A DNA stretch of 41,239 nucleotides from Acutalibacteraceae bacterium (GCA_045542295.1 JAZQKT010000007.1:1-41239), one strand, 5' to 3'. Positions 15,334 to 23,911 are shown, counted from the stretch's first letter. Made by a program: numbers and translations. The notes: generated by a model not told the origin, from the letters alone.

Positions 15334-16050
15334 ATGAGAAACAGGATTTATCAAACTGTACACGTGTATAACGGCAATAGTTTAAGTGTGACTTATAAAT
15401 ATTTTATGATTGCTGTTATAATTGCAAGCATTGTACCTCTTACGCAGAAGCAGGAATTTGCTTTTTTAAAGGGTGTAGAGACAGTCTGCCTTGCTGTTTT
15501 CGGTCTTGATTTTGTTTTGCGTTGGATTACGGCTGACTATAAGTTTAAAAAGAAAAGCTGGGTTTCCTTTGTGAAATATCCCTTTAGGCTTATTTCGATT
15601 ATCGATTTGATGTCAATGTTTGCGCTCCTTGTGTCCGTAACTGATTGGTTTGATAATCTTAAGATGGCTGCCGCTTTATCGGTATTTAGAATCGTGCGTA
15701 TTTTCAGGTATTCCGAAAGTGTAAGAACTATTTTGGATATACTGAAAAAATCCAAAAAACCGCTTTTGGCGGTTGGCGGCTTGGCTCTTGGCTACATAAT
15801 GATTTCCGCTATTGTTGTATTTAATGTTGAGCCTGATTCCTTCAAAACCTTTTTTGATGCGATTTATTGGTCAACGGTTTCACTGACAACCGTAGGCTAT
15901 GGTGATATTTACCCCGTAACAGTATTGGGAAGAACGGTGGCAATGCTGTCATCCTTCTTTGGTATTGCTATTGTTGCGCTTCCTGCAGGTATTGTGACTG
16001 CAGGCTATATGAACGCAATTAAGAAAAAGAGCGAAGATGAGGAAGAATAA
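15334..16050 (+). CDS. 6-TM voltage-sensor-type potassium channel (Kv/KvAP-like), with no cytoplasmic ligand-binding domain
   Basis: Selectivity filter TTVGYGD (15886-15906). S4-like helix LSVFRIVRIFRYSESVR with Arg at every third position. Six hydrophobic segments plus a pore helix in 238 aa. The ATG at 15334 lies 4 nt after the preceding stop. No clear SD. Confidence 0.85.
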   Translation: MRNRIYQTVHVYNGNSLSVTYKYFMIAVIIASIVPLTQKQEFAFLKGVETVCLAVFGLDFVLRWITADYKFKKKSWVSFVKYPFRLISIIDLMSMFALLVSVTDWFDNLKMAAALSVFRIVRIFRYSESVRTILDILKKSKKPLLAVGGLALGYIMISAIVVFNVEPDSFKTFFDAIYWSTVSLTTVGYGDIYPVTVLGRTVAMLSSFFGIAIVALPAGIVTAGYMNAIKKKSEDEEE

Positions 16051-16053
16051 GCA

Positions 16054-17094
16054 ATGTCTTGTCAGGATAAAAACCGCCTTACGTTACAGTTTCATATTAC
16101 GGGGCGCTGTAATTTGCGCTGTAAGCACTGCTACCGCACGGAAGGTGATATAGAAACGCTTTCCTTTGATGATATAAAAGCTGTTATTGACAGTGTAAGG
16201 GAATTGCGCAAAAGCTATAATGCGGCGCACGGAATTAAAAAAAGAGCTCATATTAATTTGACAGGCGGAGAGCCTTTTTTTAGAGAGGATATTACCGATA
16301 TAATTAAATATATTGCAAAATATTCCAAAGAGCTTACTTATGCAGTTTTGACCAACGGTCCTTTTATTAATGATGAAATAATTGCTCTTTTAAAGGAAAC
16401 AAGGGTTTCGTTTGTACAGCTAAGTCTTGACGGCAAACGAAAAAGCCATGATTTTTTGCGGGCAAAGGGCGACTATAAGCGTGTTCTTAAAACCGCTCGC
16501 TTGTTAGAGTCTAACGGAATAAGAACACATATCAGCTTTACCGCAAACAGAAGCAATTATAAGGATATTCCCGCAGTGGCACGCGCCTGCAGAAGAAACG
16601 GAATAACCAAGCTTTGGTCTGATCGTTTAGTACCCATCGGCAACGCCAAAGAGCTTGAAGAGCTTAAAATAACCAAGGAGATATTCCCCGATTATGTAAA
16701 AATGCTTACCAAAGCAAAGGGGAATGTTTTTACAAGATTTTTTTATCCCAAAACACAGGTCACGCTTAATCGTGCACTTCAGTTTATCGATTCGGATGGT
16801 TCTGTCTATTCCTGCAGTGCAGGCAAAAGTCTTATTACTGTTGATGAGTTTGGCAGAATTATGCCCTGCAGAAGAATGCCGATTATTTGCGGCGATATTA
16901 AAACTGCCGATATTAGTGAGGTTTACTACGGCAGTGAGGTTTTTAGGCGCTTGAGAGACGAGCGTATACCTAAAGAATGCCTTAACTGTGCATATAATTG
17001 TTTTTGTGTAGGCGGTGCAAAATGCCAAAGCTTTGCCGAGTACGGTGACTTTTCTAAAGCAGACCCCGTCTGTGCTTTAAAAATGAAAATTTAA
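16054..17094 (+). CDS. Radical SAM/SPASM-domain enzyme (rSAM-2)
   Basis: CX3CX2C at residues 19-26 (CNLRCKHC). TGGEPF SAM motif. SPASM pattern: CSAGKSLITVDEFGRIMPC (CX12GX4C), CLNCAYNCFC...C, then DPVC. RBS GAGGAAG 8 nt upstream. Starts 3 nt after the channel stop. Confidence 0.9.
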   Translation: MSCQDKNRLTLQFHITGRCNLRCKHCYRTEGDIETLSFDDIKAVIDSVRELRKSYNAAHGIKKRAHINLTGGEPFFREDITDIIKYIAKYSKELTYAVLTNGPFINDEIIALLKETRVSFVQLSLDGKRKSHDFLRAKGDYKRVLKTARLLESNGIRTHISFTANRSNYKDIPAVARACRRNGITKLWSDRLVPIGNAKELEELKITKEIFPDYVKMLTKAKGNVFTRFFYPKTQVTLNRALQFIDSDGSVYSCSAGKSLITVDEFGRIMPCRRMPIICGDIKTADISEVYYGSEVFRRLRDERIPKECLNCAYNCFCVGGAKCQSFAEYGDFSKADPVCALKMKI

Positions 17095-17101
17095 ATAACG
17101 A

Positions 17102-17139
17102 ATCCCCCTATGGCGCGAAAATGCCGTAGGGGGATTTTT
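17102..17139 (+). terminator. Rho-independent terminator closing the rSAM/channel operon
   Basis: TCCCCCTATGGC-gcgaaaat-GCCGTAGGGGGA (12-bp stem with one G-U pair), followed by TTTTT. Confidence 0.8.
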
Positions 17140-17153
17140 GGGTATGGGTTTGG

Positions 17154-17558
17154 CTAAGGCTTGCACCTGTTGCAGGGTGTGTAACCGTCACTTAAAAGTT
17201 CTTCGCGATTATAGGTTATGTATTTGTTCGTTTCATTCATATTTTTAGCCGAGCCGCAATCGGACTTGTGAAACACCTTGCTTTTTATATTAGCATAATA
17301 TTTCACTTTTTCGGTCGGTTGAATATCAGTGCTTTGGGTTTGGGCAGTAACCTTATCTGCAGGGATAACCGAGCTGACAATCGAAGTGTCCGCACCTTTT
17401 GCGGTTTCGGTTTTGTAGCCGTTTACGGTACCGTCGGTCGGCATATTTATCGAGACCGATTTTCTTGAAGAAGTGTCGGTCTGTTTATTGCAAGCGCAAA
17501 CCGAAAGCGAAAATATCAGAATTAAAAATAAAGTTGACAGTCGTCTTAAATTTGTCAT
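17154..17558 (-). CDS. Putative lipoprotein with a C-terminal Cys-rich (H..C...C..C) motif
   Basis: Signal peptide/lipobox LILIFSLSVCAC. The C-terminus is KVFHKSDCGSAKNM...GYTPCNRCKP (putative small metal-binding module). The ATG at 17558 after AAAGGA is preferred to the TTG at 17579. Confidence 0.6.
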   Translation of the reverse strand: MTNLRRLSTLFLILIFSLSVCACNKQTDTSSRKSVSINMPTDGTVNGYKTETAKGADTSIVSSVIPADKVTAQTQSTDIQPTEKVKYYANIKSKVFHKSDCGSAKNMNETNKYITYNREELLSDGYTPCNRCKP

Positions 17559-17572
17559 AACTGTTCCTTTCT

Positions 17573-17815
17573 CTAACAAATTTCTTGATCCAAATTATCG
17601 AATTCGGGAGTAGAAAAGAATTCACCGATAGTAATATCTAATCCGTCACAAAACTTTTTGATAGTGGTAATTGAAACATCTCTGCGTGCAGAATTAAGCA
17701 TACTATAGGCGGTTGACGGGGTAACGCCCGAGCGGTTAGCCAGTTCATTTACCGTTATTTTCCTTTCTTCGCAAAGCTCTTCAAATCTGTTACACACGAC
17801 ATCCTTAACGCTCAT
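17573..17815 (-). CDS. XRE-family helix-turn-helix transcriptional regulator
   Basis: HTH ITVNELANRSGVTPSTAYSMLN. The ATG at 17815 lies 5 nt after AGGTGA; the ORF-track GTG at 17824 sits inside that RBS. Confidence 0.8.
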   Translation of the reverse strand: MSVKDVVCNRFEELCEERKITVNELANRSGVTPSTAYSMLNSARRDVSITTIKKFCDGLDITIGEFFSTPEFDNLDQEIC

Positions 17816-17855
17816 TTTCTTCACCTCTGTAAAAATTCTATGCTTTTATGCGCTG

Positions 17856-17876
17856 CTGCGTATACGCAGTTGCGTA
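17856..17876. promoter_or_regulatory. Candidate operator: perfect 14-bp palindrome plus an extra half-site upstream of the XRE gene
   Basis: CTGCGTA|TACGCAG (17856-17869), followed by TTGCGTA (17870-17876), about 40 nt upstream of the XRE start codon. Confidence 0.45.
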
Positions 17877-18131
17877 AATTTGGATAAAAATTCCAAATTG
17901 TGAATATAATTATGGGATTTTGAAAAGCTATTAAAGAACGAAGGCTTCTGAACTTAAAACGGGAATAAATGCTTTGTTTATATATTTTTTCAATAATTGT
18001 AGCATAAACACATTCAAAAGTTAAGAAAAACGCTTTTTTGAATGGGTGTAATTTCATAAAATTGGTTGAAAAAACAGCAATATTATGATATACTTATTAA
18101 GAATATATATTGTATAATTTAGGTGGTAATT

Positions 18132-19103
18132 TTGTTCGAGCAAACGGTTGATATTGAAAGAATTGAACAGATAGTAAATTTGTTCGGTAATTTTGATGAA
18201 AATATTAAGCGAATTGAAAAACGCTATGGGGTTTCAATTACCTCACACGGAAGCACCATTAAGGTTAAGGGTGATGCTACAGGGGTGGTTTCGGCTTGCA
18301 GAACGATTGAGGGACTTATTTCCATGATCAACAAGGGTGAGCAGATTACTGACCGTAATGTAGATTACGTTGCCTCACTTGTTGAGGACGGTGAGGACAG
18401 TAAAATAAGCGAGATTACTGATGCTAACTGTATCTGCATAACTGCAAAGGGTAAGCCGGTAAAGCCCAAAACTTTGGGTCAAAAGCAGTATGTTGAAGCT
18501 ATTCGTAACAACACAATAACCATTGGCGTAGGTCCTGCAGGAACAGGCAAAACCTATCTTGCAGTGGCACAGGCGGTAAGCGCTTTCAGAGCAAAGCAGG
18601 TAAACCGAATTATACTCACACGTCCTGCGGTTGAAGCGGGCGAAAAGCTTGGCTTTTTGCCGGGTGATTTACAGCAAAAGGTTGACCCGTATTTGAGACC
18701 GCTTTATGATGCTCTTTTTGATATGCTGGGAGCGGAAAATTTCCAGAAATGTCAGGAAAGGGGCGACATTGAGGTGGCTCCCTTGGCATATATGAGGGGA
18801 AGAACCCTTGATGACAGCTTTATAATTCTTGATGAAGCGCAAAATACTACAGCCGAGCAGATGAAGATGTTTTTAACCCGCCTGGGCTTTAATTCAAAGG
18901 CAGTTGTGACAGGTGATATTACACAGATAGATTTGCCTGACGGTAAAAAATCGGGATTAAAGGATGCTGTTAAAATCCTTAAAAATATTGATGATATTGC
19001 AATATCAAGGCTAACCGGTAAGGACGTTGTACGTCATAGGTTGGTTCAGGAAATAATAAAAGCTTATGAAAGAAGTGCTGAAAAAAATGAGCGTAAAGGT
19101 TAA
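18132..19103 (+). CDS. phoH: PhoH-family ATPase (PhoH/YbeZ)
   Basis: Walker A GPAGTGKTYLAV and Walker B FIILDEAQN. Followed by ybeY. The TTG at 18132 lies 5 nt after AGGTGG; the ORF-track GTG at 18123 lies within the RBS. Confidence 0.9.
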   Translation: MFEQTVDIERIEQIVNLFGNFDENIKRIEKRYGVSITSHGSTIKVKGDATGVVSACRTIEGLISMINKGEQITDRNVDYVASLVEDGEDSKISEITDANCICITAKGKPVKPKTLGQKQYVEAIRNNTITIGVGPAGTGKTYLAVAQAVSAFRAKQVNRIILTRPAVEAGEKLGFLPGDLQQKVDPYLRPLYDALFDMLGAENFQKCQERGDIEVAPLAYMRGRTLDDSFIILDEAQNTTAEQMKMFLTRLGFNSKAVVTGDITQIDLPDGKKSGLKDAVKILKNIDDIAISRLTGKDVVRHRLVQEIIKAYERSAEKNERKG

Positions 19104-19572
19104 TATAAGTCTTAAGCAAAAAAAGATTAAGCTTCCCACCGGAACACGTCTTCTTATCAGAAAAGCGTGCATTGCAACCCTTAAGTTTGAAGGCCTTACA
19201 GAGGATAGCTATGAGGTTGATGTAAGCATTGTAGGGGATGAAAGCATAAGGGAAATGAACAAGGAATTCCGCAATATTGATGCCGCTACCGATGTTCTTT
19301 CTTTTCCGCTCGGAGCTGACGGAGTTTACGACGAAAATCCCGAGACAGGAGCTAAAATGCTTGGCGACATTGTGATTTCGATTGACCACGCTCTTCATCA
19401 AGCCGAGCTTTACGGTCACGGAATTGAACGAGAGGTTGCCTTTTTAACCGTTCATTCAATGCTGCATCTTTTGGGTTATGACCATGTAAACGGCGGTCTT
19501 GAACAAACTATTATGCGTGAAAAAGAGGAAAGTGTGCTTGACGCGCTCGGTCTGGCAGTAAATAAGGTGTAG
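19087..19572 (+). CDS. ybeY: rRNA maturation endoribonuclease YbeY
   Basis: Zinc motif HSMLHLLGYDH, ~160 aa, in the phoH-ybeY-era context. The start could be 19066 or 19087. Confidence 0.9.
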   Translation: MSVKVNISLKQKKIKLPTGTRLLIRKACIATLKFEGLTEDSYEVDVSIVGDESIREMNKEFRNIDAATDVLSFPLGADGVYDENPETGAKMLGDIVISIDHALHQAELYGHGIEREVAFLTVHSMLHLLGYDHVNGGLEQTIMREKEESVLDALGLAVNKV

Positions 19573-19581
19573 TGAGAGAAA

Positions 19582-20502
19582 ATGAAAGAAAAATCAGCTT
19601 TTATAACTATTATAGGAAGACCGAATGTGGGTAAATCGTCCCTTATGAACCGAGTTTTGGGACAAAAGGTTGCCATTGTTTCCAACAAACCGCAAACCAC
19701 ACGTACTAAAATTATGGGTATTCACACTAAAGACGAAACCCAGCTTGTGTTTATTGATACCCCCGGTTTTCATAAGCCCAAAAATGAGCTTGACCGCAAT
19801 ATGAATAAGGCCGTGGGAGATGGCATGGCAGATGTTGATGCCGCCGTTTTGGTGGTTGAAGCGGTTACTAAATTTAAGCTTGAGGAGGGTGCTTTGCCTC
19901 CTGCCGAGCTTGAGCTTATAAAGGAGCTTAAAAAGAGAAAGCTTAAAGCAATTTTAGTAATTAATAAGATAGATTTGCTTGAAAACAAGGAAGAACTGCT
20001 TAAAATGATTGTACGATATAACGAGCAGTTCCCCTTTGAAACTGTAATACCACTCAGCGCCAGAACGGGTGACGGCGTTGACAGGATGCTTTCAGAGCTC
20101 AATCGGTTTGCAAAGGTATCCCCCCATTATTTCCCCGATGATGATGTTACCGACCAGCCCGAAAAGGTTATGGTTGCGGAAATGATACGTGAAAAGTTGC
20201 TTATTACCCTTGACAAGGAAGTTCCCCACGGAATTGCAATTGATTTGGAGCGCTTTGTTGAGCGTGATACAGCCGCAGGCGAGCCTATTGTTGAGGTTGA
20301 GGCAACCGTTATCTGTGAGAAGGAATCTCACAAGGGAATTATCATTGGCAAGGGCGGAGCGGTGCTTAAGAAAATAGGTTCAATGGCAAGGCGTGATATT
20401 GAAGGCTTTTTTGGAATTAAAGCTAATATTAAGCTTTGGGTAAAGGTTAAAGAGGATTGGCGCAACCGACAAGGCCTTATACACACCTTTGGTCTTGACT
20501 AA
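19582..20502 (+). CDS. era: GTPase Era
   Basis: G1 GRPNVGKSS, G3 DTPG, G4 NKID, C-terminal KH domain (KGIIIGKGGAVLKKIG). Confidence 0.95.
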   Translation: MKEKSAFITIIGRPNVGKSSLMNRVLGQKVAIVSNKPQTTRTKIMGIHTKDETQLVFIDTPGFHKPKNELDRNMNKAVGDGMADVDAAVLVVEAVTKFKLEEGALPPAELELIKELKKRKLKAILVINKIDLLENKEELLKMIVRYNEQFPFETVIPLSARTGDGVDRMLSELNRFAKVSPHYFPDDDVTDQPEKVMVAEMIREKLLITLDKEVPHGIAIDLERFVERDTAAGEPIVEVEATVICEKESHKGIIIGKGGAVLKKIGSMARRDIEGFFGIKANIKLWVKVKEDWRNRQGLIHTFGLD

Positions 20503-20563
20503 TATTTCCTTTCATAATTTTTTAAAATAAAGCACAAACTTATTTTGTAAGGAAGTGTTTTGT

Positions 20564-20728
20564 TTGATACCCGAAAAAGAATGGATACGTTTTTTAAAAA
20601 GCGGCAAGGTTAACGATTATTTGAATTATGTTAATTCTTGTAAGGAGAATAGGATAAGTGACGGAGCTACAGACACGTTTCACAACAGAGGGCTTGGTAA
20701 TAAAGGAAATGAACGTAGGGGAGAGTGA
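20564..20728 (+). CDS. Possible YqzL-like small protein (54 aa, TTG start), overlapping the recO start
   Basis: This ORF is below the track cut-off. AAGGAAG lies 8 nt upstream of the TTG. The EWIRFLKSGKVNDYLNYV segment resembles the W..F..TG.I..YL core of YqzL-family peptides, which sit between era and recO in Firmicutes. The 70-nt out-of-frame overlap with recO weakens the call. Confidence 0.3.
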   Translation: MIPEKEWIRFLKSGKVNDYLNYVNSCKENRISDGATDTFHNRGLGNKGNERRGE

Positions 20729-21410
20729 CCGTTTGGTTACTCTCTTTACACGTGATTACGGCATTATCCGAGCATTTGCGGCAGGAGCTAAAAACATTAA
20801 ATCAAAAAAAGCGGCGGCAACAGCCTTGCTTACATATTCAAGCTTTACTATCCTTAAGAAGAAGGATAGCTACCGCATTTATGAAGGCACTCCGATAGAG
20901 ATGTTTTTTTCAATAGGCTGCGATATAGAGGTGCTTGCGTTATCGCAGTATTTTTGTGAGCTGGCCCTTGTTTTCGGTGAGGAAAATTCACCTAATGAAG
21001 AGCTGTTGAGGCTTATTTTAAATTCACTCAATTTTATAACCAAAAAAAAGAAGAACCCCACACTTATAAAGGCTGTAACCGAACTGCGTACGGCTTCTAT
21101 TTGCGGCTACAGTCCTAATCTTGTGGCCTGTGAGGGCTGTGGCTGTTTTGAAGCGGCAACAATGCTTTTTGACGCTGTTGAGGGCAGGCTTTATTGTGAG
21201 GGTTGTGCTCCGCAAAGGGATTTTATGCCCCTTAACAGAACGCTTGTAAGCGCAATGAGGCATATAGTTTATTCTGATTTTAAAAAGCTTTATTCCTTTA
21301 ATATACCCTCCATAAGCGCCGAGCAGCTTTCAAGCATTACCGAAAGGTATATAAAGCTCCAAGCTGACTGTAATTTTCATACACTTGATTTTTATTACAG
21401 TGTAAAATAG
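20658..21410 (+). CDS. recO: DNA repair protein RecO
   Basis: N-terminal OB-fold pattern (EGLVIKEMNVGESDRLVTLFTRDYG). Zinc motif CEGCGC...CEGC. GTG start after AAGGAG. Confidence 0.9.
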   Translation: MTELQTRFTTEGLVIKEMNVGESDRLVTLFTRDYGIIRAFAAGAKNIKSKKAAATALLTYSSFTILKKKDSYRIYEGTPIEMFFSIGCDIEVLALSQYFCELALVFGEENSPNEELLRLILNSLNFITKKKKNPTLIKAVTELRTASICGYSPNLVACEGCGCFEAATMLFDAVEGRLYCEGCAPQRDFMPLNRTLVSAMRHIVYSDFKKLYSFNIPSISAEQLSSITERYIKLQADCNFHTLDFYYSVK

Positions 21411-21429
21411 TTTAAATAAAGGAGAAAAT

Positions 21430-23814
21430 ATGAGCTACAGTATCGAAAGATATGTAAAAACTTTAGAGCTTGATAAAATATTAGAGCTTCTGGCTAATGA
21501 GGCAACCCTTTTTGATGCAAAGGAAAAGGCGGTTGCCATTGTTCCTCAAACCGATTTTTCTGTTGTGGAAAAAAGCCTTAAGCAAACCGAGGATGCTTAT
21601 ACTTTTATGTCAAGATATCAAGCGCCCTCTTTTGGCTTTGCGGTTAATGTTTCTTCTCCGCTCAGGCGTGCAGAGGCATCGGCTGTCCTCTCTATGAGGG
21701 AACTGCTTGATATTGCGGAAACCTTAAGGGTGATACGCTCTGTTAAGGACTGGCGCAGTGATTGCTCGGGTATGAAGGATACATCTATTGAAGACCTGTT
21801 TGATACCCTTTTCCCTAATAAATATCTTGAAGAAAAAATCACCTTTGCTATAAAAAGTGAGGACGAAATTTCCGATAATGCCTCTTCTGCTCTTTACGAT
21901 ATAAGACGTAAAATTATTGCAAAATCAAGCAAAATCAGAGATATTCTTGATAAAATCGTTCACGGTCCAACCGCTAAATATTTGCAGGAAGCAATCGTTA
22001 CTCAACGTGACGGCAGATTTGTTGTGCCCTTAAAGGTTGAGCATAAGGGTCAGCTCGGCGGAATTGTACACGATACCTCTGCTACAGGTTCTACAGTTTT
22101 TATTGAGCCTATGAGCGTTGTTGAAACCAACAATGAAATACGGGTTTTACGTCTTCGTGAGCAGGAGGAAATTGAGCGCATTTTGAGTGAGCTTTCTGCA
22201 GAAGCAGGCTCCTTTGCGGATACAATTATTAAATCCTACACCGCTCTTACAGAGCTTAATTTAATATTTGCAAAGGCACGCTTGGCATACAAAATGAAGG
22301 CTATAGTGCCAAAAATCAATACGTCGGGTAAGACATATCTTAAAAACGCAAGACACCCGCTTATAAATTATAAGGCGGTAGTACCTATTACCGTTTCATT
22401 GGGTAAGGAATATAAAACCTTGGTTATAACAGGACCTAATACCGGCGGTAAAACCGTAACGCTTAAAACCATTGGTCTTTTAAGCCTTATGACAATGTGC
22501 GGACTTATGATCCCTTGTGATGACAGCAGTGAGGTTGCAATTTACAAAAAGGTTTTTGCGGATATCGGCGATGAGCAGAGTATTGAGCAATCACTTTCAA
22601 CCTTTTCTTCACACATGGTTAACATAATCTCTATTTTAGAGAATGCAGACCAAAGCTCGTTGGTGCTTTTTGATGAGCTTTGTGCAGGTACTGACCCCGT
22701 AGAGGGAGCGGCTTTGGCAAAATCGATTCTAATGAAGCTGTCAAGCCTTGGCGCCAAAACTGCCGCAACAACTCATTACCCCGAGCTTAAGTCCTATGCA
22801 ATAGATACGGATGGTGTTGAAAACGCTTCCTGTGAGTTTGATGTTGCAACTCTTAAGCCCACATACAGACTTATTATCGGTATGCCGGGACGTTCAAATG
22901 CTTTTGCTATTTCAAAGAGACTCGGCCTTGGCGATGATATTATAGAAACCGCAAAAGAGCAGGTAAGCGACGAGGATATGCGCTTTGAAAGGGTTGTAGC
23001 CGCACTTGAAAGAGCAAGAATAGGCGCAGAAAAGGAGCAACAAAGGGCAAGAAAGCTTCGTGCCGAGCTTGATGCTTCAAAGCGTAAGGCAGAGCAACGT
23101 GAGCACGAGCTTGAAACCGAGCGCCAAAAGGTTATGGAAAAAACCAGAGAAACGGCTAACGGTATAATTGAAACGGCTCGCTATAAATCAGGCTTGCTGC
23201 TTAATGAGCTTGAGGAGCTTAAAAAGGAGCTTAATGCAAGTAATGCCGCAAGTATGGCAGAAAGGGCAAGAGCGGCATATAAGTCTACCATTAAAGAGCT
23301 TGAAGATACTGCTGATCCTGTGGTTACCAAGACTTCGGCAGGCGAGCCTGTTACCGAGCTTAAAAAGGGCGATATTGTTACGGTTGCCGACATTGGCAGA
23401 GACGCTACCGTTATTGAGATCAAGGAAAATAAAAAACAAGCCTTTGTAATGTCGGGCTCGATAAAGATGTGGGTAAGCTTTGAAAACTTAAGAAAGAAAA
23501 AAGGTCAGCAGTCAACCGAAATTAAAAAAACACGCCGCGTGACAGGGCTACAGTCAAGAGCTTTGCGTGAGGTATCGGGAGAGCTTGATATCAGAGGTAT
23601 GGCATCTGACGAGGGCATTTTAGAGCTTGATAATTATATTGATAACGCTATTATTTCGGGTCTTGAAACCGTTAGAATTATTCACGGTAAGGGTACAGGG
23701 GTGTTGCGAAAGGCAGTACAAGCACACCTTCGCACACATAAGGCAGTTAAAAGCTTTAGAAACGGCACCTTCGGTGAGGGCGAAAACGGAGTTACAATAG
23801 TAGAATTAAAATAA
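21430..23814 (+). CDS. mutS2: Endonuclease MutS2
   Basis: Walker A GPNTGGKT, long coiled-coil linker, C-terminal Smr domain (LDIRGM...IIHGKGTGVLR). Confidence 0.95.
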   Translation: MSYSIERYVKTLELDKILELLANEATLFDAKEKAVAIVPQTDFSVVEKSLKQTEDAYTFMSRYQAPSFGFAVNVSSPLRRAEASAVLSMRELLDIAETLRVIRSVKDWRSDCSGMKDTSIEDLFDTLFPNKYLEEKITFAIKSEDEISDNASSALYDIRRKIIAKSSKIRDILDKIVHGPTAKYLQEAIVTQRDGRFVVPLKVEHKGQLGGIVHDTSATGSTVFIEPMSVVETNNEIRVLRLREQEEIERILSELSAEAGSFADTIIKSYTALTELNLIFAKARLAYKMKAIVPKINTSGKTYLKNARHPLINYKAVVPITVSLGKEYKTLVITGPNTGGKTVTLKTIGLLSLMTMCGLMIPCDDSSEVAIYKKVFADIGDEQSIEQSLSTFSSHMVNIISILENADQSSLVLFDELCAGTDPVEGAALAKSILMKLSSLGAKTAATTHYPELKSYAIDTDGVENASCEFDVATLKPTYRLIIGMPGRSNAFAISKRLGLGDDIIETAKEQVSDEDMRFERVVAALERARIGAEKEQQRARKLRAELDASKRKAEQREHELETERQKVMEKTRETANGIIETARYKSGLLLNELEELKKELNASNAASMAERARAAYKSTIKELEDTADPVVTKTSAGEPVTELKKGDIVTVADIGRDATVIEIKENKKQAFVMSGSIKMWVSFENLRKKKGQQSTEIKKTRRVTGLQSRALREVSGELDIRGMASDEGILELDNYIDNAIISGLETVRIIHGKGTGVLRKAVQAHLRTHKAVKSFRNGTFGEGENGVTIVELK

Positions 23815-23826
23815 ATTGAATGAAGA

Positions 23827-23872
23827 CAGGGGACAGTCTCTGATTGACAGAGCCGTCCCCTGTATATATTTT
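23827..23872 (+). terminator. Rho-independent terminator after mutS2
   Basis: CAGGGGACaGtCTCTG-attga-CAGAGcCGTCCCCTG hairpin, followed by tatatattttt. Confidence 0.7.
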
Positions 23873-23911
23873 TGCCAGCCAAAATGTCCAAATTTAAATC
23901 ATTCTATACAA

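Noticed and set aside
17821-18057. 78-aa minus-strand ORF upstream of the XRE gene.
   Set aside because: It lies in an AT-rich divergent promoter region and contains the palindromic operator and promoter-like hexamers. It has no RBS, its composition is low-complexity, and its stop sits inside the XRE RBS. It is most likely non-coding.
23827-23862. The mutS2 terminator hairpin shares AGGGGAC ... CCGTCCCCT with the GC-rich element in the transposase gene, so it could be a third REP-like copy.
   Set aside because: Only ~7-9 nt at each arm match and the interior is unrelated. It is fully explained as an intrinsic terminator (T-run follows).
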